A stretch of 37,462 nucleotides of DNA from Fidelibacterota bacterium (GTDB lineage Bacteria > Fidelibacterota > UBA2242), in assembly GCA_049975265.1 (NCBI GenBank), contig JBNGDF010000023.1, forward strand, positions 1 to 37,462, in the 5' to 3' direction. Positions 1 to 8,233 of the stretch are shown piece after piece. The notes beneath the pieces were generated by a model. It had not been told where the DNA came from. It saw only the letters and a list, made by a program, of their open reading frames with translations, and did not search any database. Position 1 is the first letter of the stretch, and every line of letters starts with the position of its first letter. The position numbers were made by a program, and so were the translations under genes.

Positions 1-123
1 TTTGACACTGGGATTGTTTTCCAGGGCGATTTTGCGAGCGGTCTCGAGGTCCAGTTCCAGGGTTTCTGCATGCAACATAAACGCTGTGCATAATGCGGTG
101 ACGCAGATTATTTTTTTCCACAT
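1..123 (-). CDS. 5' part of a probable TolC-family outer-membrane efflux protein (runs off the window)
   Basis: Not in the ORF track. Manual translation from the ATG at 123 gives MWKKIICVTALCTAFMLHAETLELDLETARKIALENNPSVK: a signal peptide plus the 'LxLxxAxxxALxNNP' start typical of TolC/OprM proteins. GGGAG Shine-Dalgarno upstream; directly downstream of a TetR gene. Confidence 0.8.
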   Translation of the reverse strand, partial: MWKKIICVTALCTAFMLHAETLELDLETARKIALENNPSVK

Positions 124-136
124 AGAATAAACTCCC

Positions 137-721
137 TTATTTTCCTACACCTTTGATTAATTGTCCCAGCAACTCTGCGATCTGCGACTCATTCAGCGGC
201 GGATTTCCGTTCATCATCTGATCGCGGGTAAAGAGATTGGCAGTACCGATCAGCGAATATAAAAAGTAGCGGGGATTGATATCGTTTCGGAAGCTGCCTT
301 CTTCAATGCCCTGCTGAATAATCTCCAGGATAATTTTTTCATGTTCGCCGAAAAACTTCTGATGATCGAGTTTGAGAATGTTCTTGACACCATTCAAGAA
401 GACCCGCGACATGAAGCGTTTGATATCAACATTTTGATGAAACGAAAAGCATCTAATTAATAATATTTCCTTTAATTTTTCGACAGCGCTTTTACTGCTG
501 TCTTTGATACTTTGGAGAGCAATTCGAAATTTTTCCATTGTGTAGAGAAAAATACCCTGAAACAGATGTTCCTTGTCGGGAAAATAGTAATAAATCGCCG
601 GCTTGCTGACGCCGGATTTTTCGGCAATCATCCGCATGGAGGTACCGTCGTAGCCGTTTTCGCCGAAGCATTCGATGGCGACCTCGATAATTTTTTCTTT
701 GGTGGATTCTTCGGTGCTCAT
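137..721 (-). CDS. TetR/AcrR-family transcriptional regulator
   Basis: N-terminal HTH 'IIEVAIECFGENGYDGTSMRMIAEKSGVSKPAIYYYFPDKEHL'; C-terminal 'IIQQGIEEGSFRND'; AAGGAG SD. Confidence 0.95.
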   Translation of the reverse strand: MSTEESTKEKIIEVAIECFGENGYDGTSMRMIAEKSGVSKPAIYYYFPDKEHLFQGIFLYTMEKFRIALQSIKDSSKSAVEKLKEILLIRCFSFHQNVDIKRFMSRVFLNGVKNILKLDHQKFFGEHEKIILEIIQQGIEEGSFRNDINPRYFLYSLIGTANLFTRDQMMNGNPPLNESQIAELLGQLIKGVGK

Positions 722-732
722 TTGGTCTCCTT

Positions 733-775
733 ACTTACCGGTCGGTAAGTTAACACAGCACTGCTCAAATTACAA
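733..775 (-). promoter_or_regulatory. Sigma70-type promoter with overlapping palindromic operator for the tetR-tolC unit
   Basis: Minus strand TTGTAA (775-770), 17-nt spacer, TAACTT (752-747). The inverted repeat ACTTACCG-gt-CGGTAAGT (733-750) overlaps the -10/+1 region. Confidence 0.75.
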
Positions 776-863
776 GCAGAAATCTGCTTTGATGTCGATG
801 TTTTTGTATGGTTGTCGGTTAGATTTGATTTAAATCACGGAATGGCAATTATCCTGAGCTTTA

Positions 864-908
864 CGGAGAGGCTCGTCTTCACTCCGTTTCGCTGAGCAAG
901 GAGGAATT
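864..908 (-). repeat. Degenerate remnant of the tRNA-Ser 3' end split by a 29-nt insert
   Basis: Minus strand AATTCCTCC [TTGCTCAGCGAAACGGAGTGAAGACGAGC] CTCTCCG versus tRNA AATCCCTCC|CTCTCCG (15/16 match outside the insert). The match is short. Confidence 0.5.
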
Positions 909-913
909 ATACA

Positions 914-980
914 TTTTTGCGGAGAGGGAGGGATTCCTCCGAAGGAGTTCCTACGGAAGAACCCCCGTCCCGAACGAGTC
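914..980 (-). repeat. Direct copy of the tRNA-Ser 3' half interrupted in the T-loop by a 22-nt double mini-hairpin
   Basis: 914-936 is identical to 998-1020 and 959-980 is identical to 1021-1042. The insert 937-958 is ctcc-gaa-ggag followed by ttcc-tac-ggaa. Confidence 0.92.
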
Positions 981-1003
981 TGCTACACTCCTAATTCTTT
1001 TTG

Positions 1004-1091
1004 CGGAGAGGGAGGGATTCGAACCCCCGTCCCGAACGAGTCGAGAAACGGCTTTCGAGGCCGCCGCATTCAACCACTCTGCCACCTCTCC
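1004..1091 (-). tRNA. tRNA-Ser(CGA)
   Basis: GGAGAGGTGGCAGAGTGGTTGAATGCGGCGGCCT-CGA-AAGCCGTTTCTCGACTCGTTCGGGACGGGGGTTCGAATCCCTCCCTCTCCG: acceptor stem GGAGAGG/CCTCTCC, long variable arm, TTCGAAT T-loop, discriminator G; CCA not encoded. Confidence 0.97.
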
Positions 1092-1105
1092 TGAAAAAGC
1101 GCTGT

Positions 1106-1133
1106 AATTTAAACCAATTGCGTCAATAATCAA
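1106..1133 (-). promoter_or_regulatory. Possible promoter for tRNA-Ser
   Basis: Minus strand TTGATT, 16-nt spacer, TAAATT ending 14 nt before the tRNA 5' end. Confidence 0.45.
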
Positions 1134-1611
1134 TATTGCGACTGGCTTTTCGCATGATTGTAAAAAAGGAATCCAGGATCGCCTGGCATTTATCGGCTTC
1201 TACCCCGCCCTTCACCACCGTTTTGTGATTTAACAGGTTCAGATCGCAGAGATTGTCAACCGACCCACACATTCCTGCCTGTGAATCATAAGCACCGAAC
1301 ACCAGACGTTGGATCCGCGCATTTAAGATTGCCCCGGCACACATGGCGCAGGGCTCCAGGGTCACATACAAAGTACAACGATCCAGTCGCCAGGAGTCCA
1401 GTGTAGCGGCGGCTGAGGTAATGGCGATGATTTCGGCATGGGCAGTCGGGTCTTTGAGACGTTCGCGCATATTATGCCCTCGCCCCACGATCTGATTGTT
1501 CCTGATGATGACCGACCCAACGGGTATTTCCCCCTCCTCAGAAGCCTTTTCAGCCTCTTTGATAGCAAAAGCCATCCAGTGTTTGTCACTATACTGAACG
1601 GTAGGCAACAT
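1123..1611 (-). CDS. tadA: tRNA adenosine(34) deaminase
   Basis: 'EIPVGSVI', 'DPTAHAEI', 'TLYVTLEPCAMCAGAI' zinc-deaminase motifs and 'LNH' near the C-terminus. ATG at 1611; an in-frame TTG lies at 1614. Confidence 0.93.
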   Translation of the reverse strand: MLPTVQYSDKHWMAFAIKEAEKASEEGEIPVGSVIIRNNQIVGRGHNMRERLKDPTAHAEIIAITSAAATLDSWRLDRCTLYVTLEPCAMCAGAILNARIQRLVFGAYDSQAGMCGSVDNLCDLNLLNHKTVVKGGVEADKCQAILDSFFTIMRKASRNIDY

Positions 1612-1617
1612 CAATAA

Positions 1618-2985
1618 TCAGGACAGGCTTTGGTTTTTACGTTCAAAATATTTCTTCGTTTCGCTGGCAATGACGGGTGACAGGGCGATCAGCGCAATCA
1701 GATTCGGTAAAGCCATCAGTCCATTGAATACATCCGCCATTGCCCAGACGAGGTTCAGTTTCAGGACAGCCCCGATTCCCACAAACACTACGAATACCCA
1801 GCGATAGGGAATCACCGCCTTTTCACCCAGCAGATATTCGATGGATTTCTCCCCGTAATAACTCCAGCCAAGCAGCGTGGAGTAGGCAAAAAAAACCAGT
1901 CCCATGGTAACCACTAAATTTCCCCAGTATCCTGGTAAGCCTTGCTGGAAGGCGACGGATGTCAGCGAGGCTCCCGTATCACCGGAATTCCAGACACCGG
2001 TTAAGATCAGAACAAGACCGGTCATGGTACAGACAACGATCGTGTCAATAAACGTCTGGGTCATGGAAACCAGTGCCTGAGACACGGGATTTTTCGTCAT
2101 CGCAGCGGCGGCGGCAATCGGGGCGCTGCCCAATCCCGATTCATTGGAAAATACTCCCCGGGCAATTCCCATCCGCATAGTCAGCATTACGGAAGAACCG
2201 AGAAAACCGCCGATTTTCGCCGTTGGTGTAAAGGCTTTTTCAACAATCAGTCCAAACGCCGCCGGAATATGCTGAATTTTCAGGACTAAAATTACCAGCG
2301 AACCCAGCACATAGGCGACAATCATAATCGGCACCAGTATGCCGGTAACTCTCCCGATACTCTTAATCCCGCCGACGGTGACCATCCCGGTAGCCACCAT
2401 CAGCACGATCCCTGTGATGTAATGCGGTACATGGAAAGTCGATCGTACCGCATCGGCGACCGAATTTGACTGCACCATATTGCCGATCCCGAAAGCGGCA
2501 ATTGAGGCAAAGAGCGCAAACGCCACTCCCAGCCATTTCCAGCCCAATCCCCGGCTGATATAGTACATGGGTCCCCCGCTCATGGAACCATATTTATCCT
2601 GAATACGATATTTAACTGCCAAAACAGCTTCGGAATATTTGGTTGCCATGCCTACCAATCCGGTGATCCACATCCAGAAAAGCGCGCCCGGTCCCCCGGC
2701 GGCGATGGCGGTGGCGACACCGGCGATATTACCCGTTCCGACGGTCGCCGAAAGGGCGGTCATCAGAGCCTGAAAATGGGAGATATCCCCCTCACTATCC
2801 TGCTCCTTGCGCACAATCAGCGCCAGATAGAGAGCATGCCAGAGTTTTCTGAATTGAATTCCCTTCAGTAAACAGGTCAGCCAAATGCCGGTACCCACCA
2901 GGGCAATGATTAAAGGCCAACCCCAGATAAAATTTCCAACCGACGTGAAAAACAGTTCCAGATTGTGTAGAATTTGCTGTGCCAA
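1618..2985 (-). CDS. Alanine/glycine:cation symporter (AGCS/AlsT family)
   Basis: '[30 protein letters not shown]', 'GGPMYYI', '[16 protein letters not shown]', '[11 protein letters not shown]'; many hydrophobic segments; TTG start with GAGGTG SD. Confidence 0.96.
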   Translation of the reverse strand: MAQQILHNLELFFTSVGNFIWGWPLIIALVGTGIWLTCLLKGIQFRKLWHALYLALIVRKEQDSEGDISHFQALMTALSATVGTGNIAGVATAIAAGGPGALFWMWITGLVGMATKYSEAVLAVKYRIQDKYGSMSGGPMYYISRGLGWKWLGVAFALFASIAAFGIGNMVQSNSVADAVRSTFHVPHYITGIVLMVATGMVTVGGIKSIGRVTGILVPIMIVAYVLGSLVILVLKIQHIPAAFGLIVEKAFTPTAKIGGFLGSSVMLTMRMGIARGVFSNESGLGSAPIAAAAAMTKNPVSQALVSMTQTFIDTIVVCTMTGLVLILTGVWNSGDTGASLTSVAFQQGLPGYWGNLVVTMGLVFFAYSTLLGWSYYGEKSIEYLLGEKAVIPYRWVFVVFVGIGAVLKLNLVWAMADVFNGLMALPNLIALIALSPVIASETKKYFERKNQSLS

Positions 2986-3134
2986 TTACCACCTCATGTT
3001 TGCCAATGTTAACAATCCCGGTTGCCCTCAAATATAGGTTTTCGAATGTTAAATTCAAAAGCGTAATGGCTCATTTATCTGTTGCATTTTAGACAAAAAT
3101 CAATCACTTTCCGTTGTTACTGAAAAAGGTTACG

Positions 3135-3938
3135 ATGACATCGGGTATTTCAATGGAGCAATTATTTAATACCGCTTTGCTTGCGGCACAATCAGCCGGA
3201 CATTACATCTACAGCCACCTTCATGAAACTGTGACGGTGAATTATAAGGGAGAAACCAATCTCGTTACACAGGTCGATCGCAAGGCTGAAGAAATGATCA
3301 TATCGATCATCCGGGAGGCTTTTCCCGAACACCGGATATTGGCGGAAGAGTCGCCGGCACTCGTCAGCGATTCTCCCTATCGCTGGATTATCGATCCGCT
3401 GGACGGCACGACTAATTTTGTCCACGGCGTACCGATATTTTCAGTTTCGATTGCGCTGGAACATCGCGGTGAACTTCTTCTGGGTGTCGTTTACGACCCA
3501 TGTCGTAAAGAAATCTTTTCAGCTATTCGGGGACAGGGCGCTTATGTCAATAAAGAGCCGATTCGCGTGTCCGCTACACCAACACTGATTCGATCCCTGA
3601 CGGCAACCGGTTTTCCCTATGAAAACGGTGCGGTGTTTGACGCCAACATGCAGATATTCAGTGAGGTTTACAGGCGCTCTCAGGGGGTCCGGCGAGCCGG
3701 TTCGGCGGCACTGGATATCTGCTATGTAGCATCAGGTCGTTTTGATGGGTTTTGGGAGTTCAGCCTGAATCCGTGGGACGTAGCCGCCGGGGCGCTGATT
3801 GTCCTGGAAGCCGGTGGCAGAGTCGAAGATTTTGACAGCGGGCAATTTCGCACGGAGAATGCCTCAAGAATCATCGCTACGAACGGATTAATTCACACCG
3901 AATTGCTGAATATCATCCGTCAGCATCTTCCGAAATAG
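3135..3938 (+). CDS. suhB: Inositol monophosphatase family protein
   Basis: 'ILAEES', 'WIIDPLDGTTNFVHG', 'RRAGSAALD', 'PWDVAAG'. Start uncertain: 3114 TTG, 3135 ATG (AAGG upstream) or 3153 ATG. Confidence 0.92.
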   Translation: MTSGISMEQLFNTALLAAQSAGHYIYSHLHETVTVNYKGETNLVTQVDRKAEEMIISIIREAFPEHRILAEESPALVSDSPYRWIIDPLDGTTNFVHGVPIFSVSIALEHRGELLLGVVYDPCRKEIFSAIRGQGAYVNKEPIRVSATPTLIRSLTATGFPYENGAVFDANMQIFSEVYRRSQGVRRAGSAALDICYVASGRFDGFWEFSLNPWDVAAGALIVLEAGGRVEDFDSGQFRTENASRIIATNGLIHTELLNIIRQHLPK

Positions 3939-3966
3939 ACCCTCTTTCAGCAACTTTATCGTTATT

Positions 3967-5451
3967 CTAATAATAAAAATTCAGCGCCAGACCAATTCTG
4001 TTGCCCGTCAGGTTGATCCGTTCCAGATTGCGATCGATACTGGCTGCTTGAAACCGGTCGGTGACTTTATCCATATCCATCAGCTGCATGTCGGCATTTT
4101 TCCGATTCCATTCCAGCGACAATCCGAAGAATCGAATCGGTCGGATTTCAAAGCCGATCCCGTAGATAAAGCCCCAGGACTGATATATCGGTCCACCCAG
4201 TGATTCCTCATCGCGATAGAGATTCATGAGCAGAAGGTTGTAGCCGAAACCGACATCAAAATAGGGGTAAAAAAGCGGGTAGCGAATTGGTGCGATCCGC
4301 AGATTCAGCATCAGCTGTGGACTCCAGGTCACCAGATTATACTCCGCATCGCTCTCCTCCCCCAGCGAAGCAAACCAGTTATCCAGATCGCCGCGATAGA
4401 TACCAAAGCCGAATTCAAATCCGATATTATCATCTACTGAGCTGGAATTATAAATTTCAATACCGTCAAAGGATTTTATATTTGGTAATTCAATCCCATC
4501 GGTGGGTCTTTCCTTAAATAACAGTCGTTGATCAGCATGAAGCATATTAATATTATCAATGATTGTATTAATCTCCTGCGGTGCTCCGGTGGAGATATAT
4601 TTCAGGCGAAACCCCTTGGAAATGGAACGCTTTTGCCTTTTGGGTTCCTGCTCGACAGGCGGCTCAACGATTTTCGAAAGAGTAATATCCACATCCAACT
4701 TTTGACTTGCAAGCAGGGTGATCCGCTTTTCCAGCGTCTCATAGCCTTCGTGTTCGGCTCGCAGGAGATACTCTACATCCGGTTCAAGCTCGATTTTCAG
4801 AGGAGACGTTCCATAGTATTTTCCATCGATATAGATGACTGAATAGGGCGGATCGACGGAGACATTAACCACCGCGGTTTGTGGCTTGGTTTTTAAATCG
4901 GCACCGGTCCTGCCGGATATCTTTTGTGCCACCGAGGGTATGGCTCTGGTCAGAACCTGTCCCAGCGTACCTTCAATATCTTCTATGGCAGTTGCCTCGA
5001 TTTTACTGGTCTCCACATCAATCAATCGGGCACTAACGGTGTAATATTCTCCGACCTTACTGATAGAGCCGGCAATGATTTTTTTCACTCCGATCAGATG
5101 ACCGACCTCGATTGCACACTCGTCGGTGGTACAATCGTTCAACTGAAATTCCATCTCATCCAGAATGCGGTTCATCTTTTCCCGCTCCATGACCTCGTAA
5201 ACGCCAGCATTGAAAATCTCAATCCGCAACCGGTCGGATAGCGCCCGCGCTTCCGAATCGCTCACCCCGTTTGCATCCAGCTCCAGAACAGCAACGGCAG
5301 TTTTTACCGGTTCCTGAATGATCAACGCCGATGTGGTATCGTTTTGAACTTCAAAAGTAGTATCCGGATTGGCAACCCGGAAGGTCTCCTGGGCAGTGAG
5401 CATCCCGCTGATCAGGGAGATGCATGCAAAATAGAGTGATTTTTTAGACAC
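3967..5451 (-). CDS. Exported protein: CsgG/HfaB-like N-terminal domain, PEGA domain, probable C-terminal beta-barrel
   Basis: Signal peptide; 'VAVLEL...VMERExM..ILDE...GSISKVGEYYTVSARLIDVET' CsgG/TolB-N-like pattern; 'VSVDPPYSVIYIDGKYYGTSPL' PEGA; amphipathic strands ending 'IGLALNFYY'. Confidence 0.75.
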   Translation of the reverse strand: MSKKSLYFACISLISGMLTAQETFRVANPDTTFEVQNDTTSALIIQEPVKTAVAVLELDANGVSDSEARALSDRLRIEIFNAGVYEVMEREKMNRILDEMEFQLNDCTTDECAIEVGHLIGVKKIIAGSISKVGEYYTVSARLIDVETSKIEATAIEDIEGTLGQVLTRAIPSVAQKISGRTGADLKTKPQTAVVNVSVDPPYSVIYIDGKYYGTSPLKIELEPDVEYLLRAEHEGYETLEKRITLLASQKLDVDITLSKIVEPPVEQEPKRQKRSISKGFRLKYISTGAPQEINTIIDNINMLHADQRLLFKERPTDGIELPNIKSFDGIEIYNSSSVDDNIGFEFGFGIYRGDLDNWFASLGEESDAEYNLVTWSPQLMLNLRIAPIRYPLFYPYFDVGFGYNLLLMNLYRDEESLGGPIYQSWGFIYGIGFEIRPIRFFGLSLEWNRKNADMQLMDMDKVTDRFQAASIDRNLERINLTGNRIGLALNFYY

Positions 5452-5633
5452 TTTTTGATTCCCTCATATCTGTATTTTCCACTGGACTAATATAAAATAA
5501 TTTCGGTTGCCAATACATTAAATTCAATCGATAAAATCGTGATTACTGTCACTAAATTCAAATAAAAAATTGACCGGCACGCCAATGCCGCTGAAATCGA
5601 TTAAGCAATTCCGTTGAATAATTCACTTGTTGC

Positions 5634-5662
5634 TTGTACCAAAACGATAAAAATGATAAATT
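5634..5662 (+). promoter_or_regulatory. Probable sigma70-type promoter for 5714-8221
   Basis: TTGTAC, 17-nt spacer, TAAATT with a TGn extended -10, in an AT-rich divergent intergenic region. Confidence 0.55.
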
Positions 5663-5713
5663 TATATTTATGATACATTTGATCCTTAATATATCTATTG
5701 CTCCGGAGAGCGG

Positions 5714-7126
5714 ATGATAGGCGAAGTCCAGATACTGGAATTATTAGCCTCCAACTTCAACCTGCTTCGGCTGCAGGACTCACTGAATGAAAAATGTCAG
5801 ATTTTACTGGATACATTACGGAAAAGCGGGTGGGGACGGGTCTCTCTCTCCTTCCTGAACAGTAAGTATGAAACAAAAAAGACACTTTACTCAGGCTACA
5901 GCGACGATTTGATAAAAATTGCCGAAGAGAAAAAACTCAATCCTGCCAAGCGCAAAGAGCTGCTCAGCTCGCTGGTGGAACGCTATCGGATTAGCACTTT
6001 CTATTATTTACCGTGGAAAGATAGTCGCGCCCGAACGATCATTGCCAGCGGGCGGACGACGGAAATACCGATTGATGCCAAGAATCAATGGCACCCCATG
6101 GACCTGCTCTATGCACCACTCTACTATAAATCCCGCCCGGTTGCCGTACTGATCCTGGATGAACCAAAAGATAAGGCTACGCCGGATAAGGTCAAAATGC
6201 GCGTTCCTCAGATTATCCACAGTACCCTGATTCAGGTGATCGCCGAATATATTTCACAGGAATATTTCTCCTACTCCGAAGAACTCAGGGAGGCTATCAT
6301 TGCAAAAGGTACGCTCGGTGTGATTGAGATTGCACACGACGGGAAAATCAGGTCTCTGAATCTCGCCGGTGAACATATTTTGAGATTGCGCTCCAATAAA
6401 ATCGAATCCCTCTATTTTTTAAAAAACTTCAACGACAGATTCGCCAATAAAATTGCCCCTGTTTTTACCGAAGCCCAGGAGTCCCTGCAGCCCCAAACCT
6501 TCACATCGGTTTACTTCTATTCCGACGGCACCAGCCGGGAGCTGGTACTGCAATTTTTCCCCCAGCATGTACTTTATGAATACAGCGGCATGATCTGCAC
6601 GATTTCCTATCCGAAAAGTCAGGATATGTACCAGATCTATGCCGATATCGTCACCCGTCTGAAGGAGATGAGTGAAAGTCTGATCGGCGATTTCCCCGAT
6701 ATCCAGCAGAAAGTGATTTTCTTACTGTGCCGGCAATTCCACTTTCGCTTCCCCCGCATCTACGCCGTTTCCGATGATCAATCGACGCTGAAATGCCTGC
6801 TTACTTTTGACGAAGAGACCCAGGACCTGGAATTTTTCGACCACGCCTACAATCGCAACAGTCTCGGTGCCACGGCAATTATTGACAACCAGATTGTCTT
6901 TACAACCAAAGAAGACAAGCAGATTCGTGATGTCCGGAGAATCTGGCAAAAACTGGATACGCCAGGCGCTATTGCCATTCCAATTTATGTCAACGAAAAC
7001 CGTACCTGTGTCCTGGTCTGCGACTTTCTGGAGCCGGGCTTCGAACTGGACACTGCCAAAGAGATTCTGCTGAAATACTTCGCCCTGGTGCTCGGCATGA
7101 CATTAAAACCCTATTTTTCGAATTAA
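5714..7126 (+). CDS. GAF-like/PAS-like/GAF-like sensory protein with no recognisable output domain
   Basis: 'WHPMDLLYAPL...VAVLILDEPKD..TPD' GAF-like motif; 'GVIEIAHDGKIRSLNLAGEHIL' PAS-like start; 'GAIAIPI...CVLVCD...LLKYFALVLG' GAF-like end; GGAG SD. Confident as a gene, domain calls by eye. Confidence 0.7.
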   Translation: MIGEVQILELLASNFNLLRLQDSLNEKCQILLDTLRKSGWGRVSLSFLNSKYETKKTLYSGYSDDLIKIAEEKKLNPAKRKELLSSLVERYRISTFYYLPWKDSRARTIIASGRTTEIPIDAKNQWHPMDLLYAPLYYKSRPVAVLILDEPKDKATPDKVKMRVPQIIHSTLIQVIAEYISQEYFSYSEELREAIIAKGTLGVIEIAHDGKIRSLNLAGEHILRLRSNKIESLYFLKNFNDRFANKIAPVFTEAQESLQPQTFTSVYFYSDGTSRELVLQFFPQHVLYEYSGMICTISYPKSQDMYQIYADIVTRLKEMSESLIGDFPDIQQKVIFLLCRQFHFRFPRIYAVSDDQSTLKCLLTFDEETQDLEFFDHAYNRNSLGATAIIDNQIVFTTKEDKQIRDVRRIWQKLDTPGAIAIPIYVNENRTCVLVCDFLEPGFELDTAKEILLKYFALVLGMTLKPYFSN

Positions 7127-7183
7127 CCTTTGGATATTGCCAAATTCTCACGTATTTTAAAAAAGTACAATTGGGAATTGCAG

Positions 7184-8221
7184 ATGAAACAATCGCATAT
7201 TGTTCTCCGGATTTTGTTTTTTGCGATCCTGCTTTTTGTATCCAGTTCCTGTGCGCCAAACCTGCGCCTCTCTGTCGTCATTCCGGAGACACCGGCATCG
7301 CAAGAGCGGCAAATCTTTTTAATGACATCCGAAGAATTTGATCGGATTCAGTCAATCACTACCCGCAACAACGAGTATTTCAGCAAAAAATTGAGAAATA
7401 TCTACGACAGTCTCACCGTACTGGACAGGGATTATACTAAAATAGTTACCGAGTTTAAAACCGTTTCGCAGCAGTGTTCCACCCTGCTGGAAGAGCTGCC
7501 GCTTCAGTATTGCGAAAAGATTAAAATCGAACCCGTCCAAATCGCCAAATATGGCGATGTGTGGCGTGTGACAAGCCATATCACAAACCTTGGCGATGAG
7601 GATGTCTGGGGCTTGATCATGTCGGTCAAATTCCAGGACCAATATATTGTCAGGCAGACCGAATTTCCCATATGTATTCAACCCAAACAACGCTTCCTGT
7701 ACCATCAGATAACCTTTGACCTGAGCGATAATATGCCGCTGCAGTATTCCATGGCTACCTACCCCGGCGGTCTGAATGTGTTGCTCCGGGAAGCGCTGAC
7801 CGTGGAGGTTGATTCCGTCCGCTCGATGTTTGTCAATGCCATGGAGGAATGCCAGACAAATCTGACACAGCTGAAACGTCGGATGGAAGCCAAGAGTATC
7901 GAAACAGAGCTCTATAAAGAGAATATCTCCGAATATCTTTACCAAACCGCTATAAATCCGATCAACCGGATCATCGAGCAGAATCTACACAATACCAATT
8001 TTCAGACAAAAGTCAGTGCATCGGATACAATCGTTTTTGAGAATCTGAAAAAGGAAATGTACCAGCTCTTCTCCTATATCGACGTCGACTCCACCGACAG
8101 TCATTACCTCATTCCGGTCGATTTTACATCATCGGATGAATTCATCATTAATATTCAACACCAACGACCCAGAACTCTCTTTTTGGATCGTGACAGATTT
8201 ATCGGCAGGCAGAAACTGTAA
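7184..8221 (+). CDS. Hypothetical lipoprotein with coiled-coil segments
   Basis: The ATG at 7184 gives MKQSHIVLRILFFAILLFVSSSC (lipobox-like; the track starts at TTG 7130). Long ORF on the same strand as the upstream gene; no family recognised. Confidence 0.7.
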   Translation: MKQSHIVLRILFFAILLFVSSSCAPNLRLSVVIPETPASQERQIFLMTSEEFDRIQSITTRNNEYFSKKLRNIYDSLTVLDRDYTKIVTEFKTVSQQCSTLLEELPLQYCEKIKIEPVQIAKYGDVWRVTSHITNLGDEDVWGLIMSVKFQDQYIVRQTEFPICIQPKQRFLYHQITFDLSDNMPLQYSMATYPGGLNVLLREALTVEVDSVRSMFVNAMEECQTNLTQLKRRMEAKSIETELYKENISEYLYQTAINPINRIIEQNLHNTNFQTKVSASDTIVFENLKKEMYQLFSYIDVDSTDSHYLIPVDFTSSDEFIINIQHQRPRTLFLDRDRFIGRQKL

Positions 8222-8233
8222 AATCGCGACCGT

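Noticed and set aside
914..980. Second tRNA-Ser gene or intron-containing tRNA
   Set aside because: It has no 5' half (no D-arm or anticodon), and the 22-nt insert is far too small for a self-splicing intron.
864..1042. CRISPR array
   Set aside because: The repeats are tRNA-derived and irregular, and no cas genes or regular repeat-spacer pattern were seen in the window.
951..1133. 60-aa minus-strand ORF in the track
   Set aside because: It is a translation of the tRNA-Ser gene and its duplicate ('GEVAEWLNAAASKAV...GGSNPSLSA').
1123..1611. Deaminase as part of the nucleic-acid catabolic locus
   Set aside because: Its motifs fit housekeeping TadA, and it lies 6.6 kb away in a separate transcription unit.
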